From a virus, in the IMG/VR virus record IMGVR_UViG_3300006147_000378, positions 1 through 64,000 of that record: a DNA stretch of 64,000 nt. The stretch is one strand, 5' to 3'. The notes below the pieces were generated by a model. It did no database searches, had not been told where the DNA came from, and saw only the letters and a program-made list of their open reading frames with translations. Positions 26,560-34,989 of the stretch are shown piece after piece (the stretch's first letter is position 1; each line of letters begins with the position of its first letter). A program made the position numbers and the translations under genes.

Positions 26560-26698
26560 GGTAGCGTAGCTTAATTGGTTAGAGCTGCGGGCGCAAAGCG
26601 TCGAGGAGTGACTCTCCTTCTTGGAAGGTACAGCCAAGACCCGTGTAAGTGGAGTGTTTCGTCAACATCCCGTGTAGGTTCGAGTCCTACCGCTACCA
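26560..26698 (+). tRNA. tRNA-like gene with ~64-nt internal insertion (intact acceptor/D-arm and T-arm/acceptor ends; anticodon unresolved)
   Basis: 5' GGTAGCG-TA-GCTT...GAGC and 3' GTAGG-TTCGAGT-CCTAC-CGCTACC-A; internal 8-nt direct repeat CCCGTGTA. Confidence 0.4.
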
Positions 26699-26721
26699 TT
26701 TTATGAAAAGTTAATTGGGCG

Positions 26722-26937
26722 GTGAAATGGTTGAGCTTACTTGGAACATTTTTTACTGAGCAACATTCATATTCTTCATCAGGAGGATATCTTCTGATAA
26801 CTTATCGCTGCTCTAATTGCAATCACAAAGTTACGCTCCCAGAGCAACAGGGGTTTAATTACTGCTATTTATGTGGTGAAAAAGTGCGAAAGATTAAGTC
26901 AAAGAGCTTAACCTGGAACCCATTATCACTCATTTAA
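26722..26937 (+). CDS. small zinc-ribbon protein (CxxC...CxxC)
   Basis: ORF in AT-rich block. Confidence 0.4.
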   Translation: MKWLSLLGTFFTEQHSYSSSGGYLLITYRCSNCNHKVTLPEQQGFNYCYLCGEKVRKIKSKSLTWNPLSLI

Positions 26938-26968
26938 GAATGAAAAGTTATTTGGTGGTGATTTTACT

Positions 26969-27307
26969 ATGAGATTCAAAGTCGGCACAAATGTTTGTGT
27001 AAAAAACGTGTATAGTGGTGGCAATTTTGAAAACGGAGATATTGTCACAATCACACAAATTGGAGATGGAGACGGAGACTTAGATTGTTACGGCGCAATT
27101 TCTCCATGGGACGGGTTATTGTGGTATTTACGAGATAATGAAGTTGAAGCTGCCACAAATGCAGACCACATTCGTTCAATGGGTGATGATGAATTAGCCA
27201 AGTTTTTATATTCTGTGGAATTTAGGCGCTCAATTACTGGTGGTGGAGCAATGTGGGAGGATATCAGCGATTGCCTGCATTGGCTCAAATCTGCAAAGTC
27301 AGAATAA
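26969..27307 (+). CDS. hypothetical protein
   Basis: preceded by TTTGGTGGTGAT motif. Confidence 0.5.
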   Translation: MRFKVGTNVCVKNVYSGGNFENGDIVTITQIGDGDGDLDCYGAISPWDGLLWYLRDNEVEAATNADHIRSMGDDELAKFLYSVEFRRSITGGGAMWEDISDCLHWLKSAKSE

Positions 27308-27325
27308 AAGGTTATTTTATCAAGA

Positions 27326-27619
27326 ATGATGGTGAATGATAGAATGGATTTTGGCGTGTATTTTTATCAGGTCGTAAACGGGCGGCAGATATCAGGAGGC
27401 ATCTATCACTCTGTAGAGTTTGTTTGGTTGTATGATGTGCTAAAAAACGTACATCGACTTGAGTTTCCGGTAATAGAGGTAGATAAGCCGTCTTCCATAG
27501 TCTTTGGCATCACGGATACCGAGCACTTTATCCCTCTATGCCGATGTGTTGCAGACATCCAACCAATGGTGCAGGGCACTTATATCACGCCGTATAACTG
27601 GACAATAAAGAAAGATTGA
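27326..27619 (+). CDS. hypothetical protein
   Basis: ORF. Confidence 0.4.
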   Translation: MMVNDRMDFGVYFYQVVNGRQISGGIYHSVEFVWLYDVLKNVHRLEFPVIEVDKPSSIVFGITDTEHFIPLCRCVADIQPMVQGTYITPYNWTIKKD

Positions 27620-27635
27620 TTCGGTGGTGATTGTA

Positions 27636-27791
27636 ATGAGCAAAAAGAGATTATCTGGTGATGGTTTTGTTTATGACGAAAATGATACCTATGTATCACC
27701 TTCGGATGATGACTACGAATATTGGAAAAGTGAGCAGGAGGCATTGACAGACCCATTGTCTGATGACTACTGCAAATACGACAACGAATAA
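27636..27791 (+). CDS. small acidic hypothetical protein (51 aa)
   Basis: preceded by TTCGGTGGTGAT motif. Confidence 0.3.
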   Translation: MSKKRLSGDGFVYDENDTYVSPSDDDYEYWKSEQEALTDPLSDDYCKYDNE

Positions 27792-27814
27792 ACGAAACAT
27801 TGGAGATGAACAAC

Positions 27815-28042
27815 ATGAGTCTTTCCAATATTGATGAGCTCTGGAGGCCAGAGCCAGGTGGCGACCTCGCCCTTATGCCATGTCCATTCTGCGGTGGAAC
27901 AACAGTTGTGTATTTTCACTACAAGCATCGTGTTGGAGATAGGTATGGAGTTCTCTGCTGTGACTGTATGGCGAACATTGACCCAGGCTGGGCGCAGCAA
28001 AAGTCTGCTGTGCAGGCTCTTTGGAATCATAGGGTAACTTAA
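27815..28042 (+). CDS. Lar-family restriction alleviation protein
   Basis: LMPCPFCGG motif characteristic of Lar family. Confidence 0.65.
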   Translation: MSLSNIDELWRPEPGGDLALMPCPFCGGTTVVYFHYKHRVGDRYGVLCCDCMANIDPGWAQQKSAVQALWNHRVT

Positions 28043-28058
28043 AAGGAGCTGTATAGAT

Positions 28059-28394
28059 ATGCCAAAGTTCAACATAAACAAAATCCGGTCTGCCGGTCTG
28101 CGATATATCGTAGCCGATTTAGATGGGCAAAGATGGGCATTTGAGAATATGCCAGTTCGGGAGGCTACTTACTGGCGTTTGCCGTATAAACTCTTGTGCC
28201 CAGTTACCTATGATGAAAACTACGAAAAGTATTGGGCACGGCTGCTCAGTTGGAGATTGAAGGGTAGGGAATTTGTCATACCGATATACGATGTGCCGTT
28301 TGACATCTCATGGGAAGACGAGCCATATGACATCGTGGAGCATGGACTTGTGGCAGAATGCGACCTAAAAGTTTGGCCAGAGTTTCGTGTGTAA
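28059..28394 (+). CDS. hypothetical protein
   Basis: ORF with RBS AAAGGAG. Confidence 0.5.
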   Translation: MPKFNINKIRSAGLRYIVADLDGQRWAFENMPVREATYWRLPYKLLCPVTYDENYEKYWARLLSWRLKGREFVIPIYDVPFDISWEDEPYDIVEHGLVAECDLKVWPEFRV

Positions 28395-28417
28395 AATAGA
28401 ATTTTGGTGGTGATGAC

Positions 28418-28618
28418 GTGAAAATAGTTAAGTATGGGAATATATACCAAGTCGCAAGAGTAAGGCGATTTACTTGCTGCCGCTGTGGAAGCGTATTTGA
28501 TGCAGACAATGGCGAGTACACAACAGTAGTCGGCCAAATCGAATATATGTACGACAACATTATCGCAAAATGTATATGCCCGGTTTGTGGTTCAACATCG
28601 TACTCATATGATAGATAA
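28418..28618 (+). CDS. small zinc-ribbon protein
   Basis: CCRCG...CPVCG; preceded by TTTGGTGGTGAT motif. Confidence 0.45.
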   Translation: MKIVKYGNIYQVARVRRFTCCRCGSVFDADNGEYTTVVGQIEYMYDNIIAKCICPVCGSTSYSYDR

Positions 28619-28647
28619 AACAGAACTTTGATAGCGGGGTATAAAGA

Positions 28648-29061
28648 ATGAGCGAGATTGCAAATAGGTATAACAAAGCATATACAGCAATGTGCAAATA
28701 TCGGGATGCACCGCGCAGAGGCTGGGCAGAACCAAATGGTCGAAAGACGGCCGATAATCAAACGATTGAGGTGCGCCGGGACGAAGTGGTGGAACTGGCC
28801 AGGAGGCTTAGCTCACAAGAGTATGCTAACGCCTGCCTTCTATATGAAGTCATGGAGTTGAGCAATTACATGGGTCAGCTTGCGGTTGGCGAACCAAATG
28901 GTGCAGAGTGTGAAAACTGTTACAATAGATATCTTCCAAGTTGGCTTGACGGTAAATGCCCATACTGTTCGGCACATACGAAAGCAGAAGAAAGGGTGCG
29001 GAAGATTTTGAAAGAAGCGGAAGAAACGAGGAGTTCTTGCATTAACGGGGATAAAACTTAG
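28648..29061 (+). CDS. hypothetical Cys-containing protein
   Basis: ORF. Confidence 0.5.
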   Translation: MSEIANRYNKAYTAMCKYRDAPRRGWAEPNGRKTADNQTIEVRRDEVVELARRLSSQEYANACLLYEVMELSNYMGQLAVGEPNGAECENCYNRYLPSWLDGKCPYCSAHTKAEERVRKILKEAEETRSSCINGDKT

Positions 29062-29077
29062 CTTCGGTGGTGAAAAA

Positions 29078-29266
29078 ATGGAGCGCAATAAATGGAGCGG
29101 ATGTAGCTGGTGCAAAGAATATGGCAGCATACCACTTAGGGGGTTTACGATACATGGATGCACAAGTATAACCGTGAGGTACTGCCCAGTCTGCGGAATG
29201 CCACTTACAAAAGATGCGTGGGCAGAACTTGAACACAAGGTGGGCGATATCATATGTTCCGAGTAA
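29078..29266 (+). CDS. small zinc-ribbon protein
   Basis: CSWC...CPVCG; preceded by TTCGGTGGTGAA motif. Confidence 0.45.
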   Translation: MERNKWSGCSWCKEYGSIPLRGFTIHGCTSITVRYCPVCGMPLTKDAWAELEHKVGDIICSE

Positions 29267-29616
29267 TTATTGCTGGTGGTCGGGATTTTAATGACTACGC
29301 TTTACTGTCCGATACGATGGACTGTCTTCTGCTCAATATCAAGGAAGACATAACGGTAGTGTGTGGACAGGCTCGTGGGGCCGATACGCTTGGAGAGCAG
29401 TATGCCAAAGAGCATGGTTATGCTGTAAGCTACTTTCCGGCTGATTGGGATAGGTATGGTAAATCCGCAGGCTATATCCGCAATACAGAGATGGCCAAAA
29501 ACGCTGATGCCCTGGTCGCATTTTGGAATGGTCAAAGTCGTGGTACAATGCACATGATTGAGATTGCCAAAAGACAGGGTTTGAGAGTACGCATAAAGCG
29601 GTACGATAGAAAGTGA
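29254..29616 (+). CDS. SLOG/DUF2493-like (DprA/LOG-related) nucleotide-binding domain protein
   Basis: IIAGGRDF...VVCGQARGAD...AFWNGQSRGT pattern. Confidence 0.55.
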   Translation: MFRVIIAGGRDFNDYALLSDTMDCLLLNIKEDITVVCGQARGADTLGEQYAKEHGYAVSYFPADWDRYGKSAGYIRNTEMAKNADALVAFWNGQSRGTMHMIEIAKRQGLRVRIKRYDRK

Positions 29617-29928
29617 GGCTTCACATGGATTGTCCATTCAAACAGCAGCTCGCAGAGGGTTCAATGGTTTGTGACTATGGTGGGATTCGTCACGAGCCAG
29701 GCATAGAACAATGCCCGACCGAAATCTTTAACCGGTGCCAAAGCGATGACATAGACCAAGCATAGGCGATGTACTGTCGTTAATACATACAGATGCTCCA
29801 CAAAAACATAAACTTTGATATTGTGTAACATGAAAGGGCTGCATCCGTGCGGCCCTTTCTGTACATATACGCCCAAATTTGGCCAGTCGCCTTGAAGATT
29901 TGCCGTGGTACATACAACTCCATAGCAG

Positions 29929-29948
29929 CTTTTCGCCAAAGGCAGAAG
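29929..29948 (+). repeat. recurrent stem-loop motif copy 5 (CTTTTcGCC-AAA-GGCAGAAG)
   Basis: covarying copy. Confidence 0.5.
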
Positions 29949-29982
29949 TAAAAATTCGGAACTACGCTCTCCGAGTCCAGCA

Positions 29983-30010
29983 GCCCGCTAACGCGGGCAA
30001 GACTTTTTTT
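29983..30010 (+). terminator. Rho-independent terminator (GCCCGC-TAAC-GCGGGC + spacer + T7)
   Basis: 6-bp GC stem and T7 run. Confidence 0.55.
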
Positions 30011-30154
30011 CTCACTCGCATTGCTGAGGCAATGCTTCGTGAGTGCTGGGCTCGGGAGCGACGCTATGCACATCGGCGGCTCACTCAACCTACAGCCGCT
30101 TCGATGCGGAAGGCGACTGGCCTGTTTGTATAAAAATTTCTGGAGGTGTATAAT

Positions 30155-30418
30155 GTGGGAAGAATAATTCGCAGTATTCGGGTCGGGCAAAGAGCGAGCT
30201 TTGAAAAGGCGAGAAAAAACTTTGGTGACCTGGCAAAAATCGAGGATGCCGAGATTTACTGGGGTAACGGTACAATCGCAGTTGTCGCCTCCAAGGAGTG
30301 GTGTGATTATTTGGGCGGGATAACGGATGTGCGCCCAGAACCGCAGGGCGATGACACCACATTCGAGTTCGATGAACAAGAGTTCATGCGATTTATTGGG
30401 CAGGAGGTGCGGACATGA
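30155..30418 (+). CDS. hypothetical protein (DUF2442-like?)
   Basis: GTG start 6 nt after GGAGGTG. Confidence 0.4.
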   Translation: MGRIIRSIRVGQRASFEKARKNFGDLAKIEDAEIYWGNGTIAVVASKEWCDYLGGITDVRPEPQGDDTTFEFDEQEFMRFIGQEVRT

Positions 30419-30747
30419 ACAGAGCAGAGAGACGCCATCCGCCAAAGGCTGGGCAAGTCCGCCAAATCCTGGACGACCTGAACAAAATAGAGAAAATCAA
30501 ACAGGCCATGAATGACAGTTGGCCGTTCCGGCCTGGGGACAAGGTGATGCTCAACATGGATGCCATCACCAGCAGAAAGGGATATGACCAGAAACTCCCC
30601 GCATATAAAGCGTTCTGTGAGAGCAATACGGGCCAGGTCTTCACGGTTGAGTATGTCGAGGGTATGCACCCCAGCGTGGTATGCCTTGCCGAGGATGAGT
30701 CAACACCCAAGTGGCTGTTCTGGGTTGGAGACTTAAAGGCGGTATAA
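30415..30747 (+). CDS. hypothetical protein
   Basis: RBS CAGGAGG. Confidence 0.5.
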   Translation: MNRAERRHPPKAGQVRQILDDLNKIEKIKQAMNDSWPFRPGDKVMLNMDAITSRKGYDQKLPAYKAFCESNTGQVFTVEYVEGMHPSVVCLAEDESTPKWLFWVGDLKAV

Positions 30748-30782
30748 AACTGGGATTTGATTAAAAGTATGGAGGCGAGAGC

Positions 30783-31805
30783 ATGACAATCGAACAAATC
30801 AAAGAGATGGTGAACGGCCCCGAGTACGATTTTCTCAGAACCAATCCCCATCTCCAGAACAGAATCATTTTCTTGACGCTGGGCGGCAGTTACTCCTATG
30901 GAACCAACGTGGAAACCTCCGACGTTGATGTCCGAGGATGTGCCCTGAACCGTCCATCCGATTTGCTCGGCCTCACAAACTTCGAGCAGGTCGTAAACAC
31001 ACAGACCGACACTACGGTTTATGCGTTCAACAAGCTCATCACGCTACTTCTCAACTGCAACCCAAACACAATCGAGATGTTGGGCTGCAAACCGGAGCAC
31101 TATTTCCTGCTTACGGATGTTGGCCAGGAAATGATTGAAAACAGGAAACTGTTTATGTCCCGGCGTGCTGTTCATTCCTTTGGTGGCTATGCCTCTCAAC
31201 AACTCCGGCGGCTTGAGAATGCCCTGGCCAGGGATAAGATGGCACAGGCTATGAAGGAGGAACACATCCGGCGCTCCATGGAAGGTGCTGTTAAGTCTTT
31301 CTCCGACCGATACACCTCTTTTGACAAGGGTAGCTTCGTCCTTTATACGGCGGAAAGCCAGCGTGAAGACCTCGACCGTGAGATTTTTGCGGACATCCAC
31401 CTCGACAAATTCCCAGTTCGGGAGTTCAACAGCATGATGAACGACCTGACCAATGTGCTGGGAAACTACGAGAAGTTGAACCACAGAAACCATAAGAAGG
31501 ATGATAACCATCTCAACAAGCACGCCATGCACCTTATCCGTCTGTATCTGATGTGCCTGGACATCCTGGAGAAGGGCGATATCATCACCTACCGGGAAGC
31601 CGACCACGACCTGCTTATGAGCATCCGCCGTGGCGACTATCAGCGTGAAGACGGAACGTACATGGACGAGTTTTTCGAGATGGTCAACGACTTCGAGCGG
31701 AGGCTGGACTATGCAAAGAACAACACGAGCCTCCCTGACAACCCCGATATGAAACGAGTCGAGGAGTTCGTCATGGAGGTAAACAGGAGGGCTCTGAATG
31801 AGTAG
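30783..31805 (+). CDS. pol-beta superfamily nucleotidyltransferase-domain protein
   Basis: LTLGGSYSYGTNVETSDVDVRG (GS...DxD) motif. Confidence 0.65.
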   Translation: MTIEQIKEMVNGPEYDFLRTNPHLQNRIIFLTLGGSYSYGTNVETSDVDVRGCALNRPSDLLGLTNFEQVVNTQTDTTVYAFNKLITLLLNCNPNTIEMLGCKPEHYFLLTDVGQEMIENRKLFMSRRAVHSFGGYASQQLRRLENALARDKMAQAMKEEHIRRSMEGAVKSFSDRYTSFDKGSFVLYTAESQREDLDREIFADIHLDKFPVREFNSMMNDLTNVLGNYEKLNHRNHKKDDNHLNKHAMHLIRLYLMCLDILEKGDIITYREADHDLLMSIRRGDYQREDGTYMDEFFEMVNDFERRLDYAKNNTSLPDNPDMKRVEEFVMEVNRRALNE

Positions 31806-33159
31806 AATCACAATTCCAGATGGGGCCAGGGAAATCATTGACACGCTGACCTCTGCTGGTTTTGAAGCGTATGTGGTAGGTGGCTGTGTCCGCGACAGCC
31901 TACTGGGCCTGGAGCCTCACGATTGGGACATTTGCACATCTGCATTACCATCAGATGTTATGTCGATTTTTTCAGAAAAGAGAATTATTGGCACGGGAAT
32001 GAAGCATGGCACTGTTACAATTCTTACAGATAGTGGCGGATACGAGGTCACGACTTTCCGCATTGACGGTGATTATTCAGACCATCGGCGACCAGACAGT
32101 GTGACCTTCACGACCAGCCTGGATGAGGATTTGTCACGCAGAGACTTTACCATCAACGCTATGGCCTACAACGATGCGGTCGGCCTAATTGACCCGTTCG
32201 GCGGTATATATTCTTTATGCAACCGAGAAATCTCATGCGTTGGCAGTCCTGCTCACAGATTTGAGGAAGATGCACTTCGCATCATGCGGGCTCTCCGTTT
32301 TGCATCCACATACGGGTTCTGTATCGAAGATAGAACGGCAAAAGCGATTCATCTGTTCGCTCCAAGCCTGAATAATATTGCTGTGGAACGTATCCAGTCT
32401 GAGCTATGTAAGCTCTTGCTGGGTGACGGAGCGCTTAACATCCTCTTGGATTACAGTGACGTGATTGCCACCATTATTCCAGAGATAGAACCTTGTATCG
32501 GGTTCGACCAAAACAACCGTTACCATGAGTACACAGTGTATGACCACATTGCTTATGCGGTTGCAAACTACAAGGGTAAAGACATCTCTGTCAAAGTTGC
32601 TCTTCTTTTGCACGATATTGGGAAACCTCTATGCTACACGGAGGATATAAACGGAGGCCATTTCCATGGACACGCTGTTCCAAGCCGTGATATTGCGGAA
32701 GCCGTTATGAATCGTCTGCGTTTTGACAACAGGACTAAAGCCGAGGTTTTAGAGCTGGTCTTGTACCATGACGCAGTGATTGAGCCGACGCCAAAGACCG
32801 TGAGACGGTGGCTGAATAAGATTGGCAAACATCGGTTTTCACAGTTGCTTAAAGTCCGAATGGCGGATATCCTGGCTCACTCCAAGAGAACGCAGCAGTC
32901 ACGCATCGAACGCTGTAATGCACTCAAGTCCCTTATCGCAGAGGTTCTGGAAGCAGAACAATGTTTCTCACTGAAAGACCTTGCCATCCACGGCAATGAT
33001 GTGCTGTCGCTCGGTGTTCCAGAAGGGAAAATTGTAGGGGATATTCTCCGGCATATCCTGGACATGGTAATCAACGGTGATGTCCCAAATGAAATCGAAG
33101 AGCAGATAGATATCGCCATGCAGTATTTGACGGAGCATCAACATGAGTGGAAGGAATGA
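31798..33159 (+). CDS. cca: tRNA nucleotidyltransferase (CCA-adding enzyme) with HD domain
   Basis: GGCVRDSLLG + DWD head motif; LLHDIGK HD motif. Confidence 0.8.
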   Translation: MSRITIPDGAREIIDTLTSAGFEAYVVGGCVRDSLLGLEPHDWDICTSALPSDVMSIFSEKRIIGTGMKHGTVTILTDSGGYEVTTFRIDGDYSDHRRPDSVTFTTSLDEDLSRRDFTINAMAYNDAVGLIDPFGGIYSLCNREISCVGSPAHRFEEDALRIMRALRFASTYGFCIEDRTAKAIHLFAPSLNNIAVERIQSELCKLLLGDGALNILLDYSDVIATIIPEIEPCIGFDQNNRYHEYTVYDHIAYAVANYKGKDISVKVALLLHDIGKPLCYTEDINGGHFHGHAVPSRDIAEAVMNRLRFDNRTKAEVLELVLYHDAVIEPTPKTVRRWLNKIGKHRFSQLLKVRMADILAHSKRTQQSRIERCNALKSLIAEVLEAEQCFSLKDLAIHGNDVLSLGVPEGKIVGDILRHILDMVINGDVPNEIEEQIDIAMQYLTEHQHEWKE

Positions 33160-33364
33160 GCCTAAGTACCCAAAAAGCGAACGTGTATGGGTGGGGTACT
33201 ATAACCAGGCCCATGAGTTAAAGTTCATCATCACCAGCAAGGAGTTAAGGGACTTTTATTACCTGTACGAGTTGGTGGATGGTGAGTTTCGCAAACTTGG
33301 TCGCTCAAAGTCTCCCAAGGAGCTTGAAGAGAAATTCGAGGTCGATAAGAAGCTGAGAGGTTAG
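33143..33364 (+). CDS. small hypothetical protein
   Basis: ORF. Confidence 0.35.
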   Translation: MSGRNEPKYPKSERVWVGYYNQAHELKFIITSKELRDFYYLYELVDGEFRKLGRSKSPKELEEKFEVDKKLRG

Positions 33365-33366
33365 CT

Positions 33367-33960
33367 ATGAACGATTTCGACTATGATTGTCTGGAGCGGA
33401 AACGGTTGGCAAGGCAGGCCCGGTATCGCAAGTGCGGTTCAAAAAGCAGGAAATGCCCCATGTCTACCGACCATATGACACAGAAACAATGGAAAGAAAG
33501 GTGTGGAGCTGTTGTGAGCATCAGTATCGGGAAACCTGTTTCCTGGGATAACTTCAAAGAGATGTCAAAGAGTACACAGGAGGAGTACCTCAAAGACCTT
33601 ATGAGTACATACGGCGCAAATGCCACCAGCTTGGCGGCAATGTTCGGTATTCGCCCTCTCACCGTGCGCCGTTACATAGTGTCCAAAGAATTGGACATCA
33701 CTTTTCCTGTTGGCCATTCCATGAACTCAGAGCAGAGGGCGGCATGGGAGCGGTTTCTCGCCAATGAGGATACGCCACTGGCTTTGCCTGAGCAGAAGCC
33801 GGAGAACCCACAGATAGAAGCAAGTGCTCATATGAGTATGAGCAAGTTTTCTCTGTCATTCAGCGGAAAGATTGATGTGAACATGATTACAAATTCACTG
33901 CTCAACATTCTTGGCAGTGATGCGTCTGGTCACATTGAAATCATCTGTGACCTTGCGTAG
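33367..33960 (+). CDS. hypothetical protein (possible HTH)
   Basis: ORF. Confidence 0.5.
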   Translation: MNDFDYDCLERKRLARQARYRKCGSKSRKCPMSTDHMTQKQWKERCGAVVSISIGKPVSWDNFKEMSKSTQEEYLKDLMSTYGANATSLAAMFGIRPLTVRRYIVSKELDITFPVGHSMNSEQRAAWERFLANEDTPLALPEQKPENPQIEASAHMSMSKFSLSFSGKIDVNMITNSLLNILGSDASGHIEIICDLA

Positions 33961-34001
33961 CCCCACACATTGTGGTAATATGTCCCCAAAGGAGTGAGCA
34001 A

Positions 34002-34391
34002 ATGGACAAAGACTTTAGTATGGCCTTCTCGTCCGACAAGGAGCTCGAACAGAGCTTTGACGAACTTATCGACGGGTTAAAGGCTGACATCGAGAATGAG
34101 GACAGCAAAGTAACTGTGCTTGATGCTATGCGGCTCAAGCAAATCCAGTTTGCCTATGCTGCATTGCAGTACATTACACGGGGCACAGATACGGTTGTGT
34201 CTTATAAGCTCAATGAACCGTTCAAAACTATGGGCAGTATCAGTGTCGAAGGGCAATCTTTGGAGTTTGACAAGCCTGAGTGGTTTGCCAGGGTCGCAGA
34301 GTTTGCCAGTAATACAGAGGTCTATCCGCTGACCAAGAACAGGGTTCGCTTGACCTTCACATTCCACGGCCTGACCAAGCCGATTGAGTAA
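34002..34391 (+). CDS. hypothetical protein
   Basis: RBS AAAGGAGTG. Confidence 0.5.
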   Translation: MDKDFSMAFSSDKELEQSFDELIDGLKADIENEDSKVTVLDAMRLKQIQFAYAALQYITRGTDTVVSYKLNEPFKTMGSISVEGQSLEFDKPEWFARVAEFASNTEVYPLTKNRVRLTFTFHGLTKPIE

Positions 34392-34402
34392 GGAGGTGCC
34401 GA

Positions 34403-34762
34403 ATGGAATACACAGGATGCTATAATTCCGTCATCAGCTTCGTTGACGAAGGAACAGCGCAGTTCGATAGTTACGACCTGAATAGGGAAAAGTACGAGAA
34501 GCTCCGTGAGATTTGCGAGGCAACCGATAAGCTGGCCGAGGAGACTGAATGTGAGTGCGTCAATGTGAGTATCGATGACACCACAAAGCAGCTCACAATC
34601 AGTGTGTTCTGCTATGATGTAATCTTCCAACATGGTCGGGAGGATATGTTCTTCTCCCTCATTCAGATGTTGAGCTCATTCTCCTTCTCCAAAGCAAAAG
34701 GTGGTCTCTTACGGATTGACCTGAATATTGATGGGGTATGGGAGAAAAAGAGTGGATGCTAA
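34403..34762 (+). CDS. hypothetical protein
   Basis: RBS AAGGAGG. Confidence 0.5.
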   Translation: MEYTGCYNSVISFVDEGTAQFDSYDLNREKYEKLREICEATDKLAEETECECVNVSIDDTTKQLTISVFCYDVIFQHGREDMFFSLIQMLSSFSFSKAKGGLLRIDLNIDGVWEKKSGC

Positions 34763-34793
34763 AAGAAGAGGGCGTCTTCACGACGCCCTGAAA

Positions 34794-34982
34794 ATGTTGG
34801 CCTCAGCCGCTACAATCGTGGATTCTGTCTGCGATAAAGAGCAGGACTGCATTGATAACTATCCTGAAAATCTTCAGGGTACAGAGCGTTACGAGCAGAT
34901 GGAGGCCGCTGTTGACAGTTTGAATGACGCTCTGGAGAAAATCGACGATGCCAAAGGGCATATAGAGTCAGCAATCGGGTGA
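34794..34982 (+). CDS. small hypothetical protein
   Basis: ORF. Confidence 0.3.
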   Translation: MLASAATIVDSVCDKEQDCIDNYPENLQGTERYEQMEAAVDSLNDALEKIDDAKGHIESAIG

Positions 34983-34989
34983 TATAATC

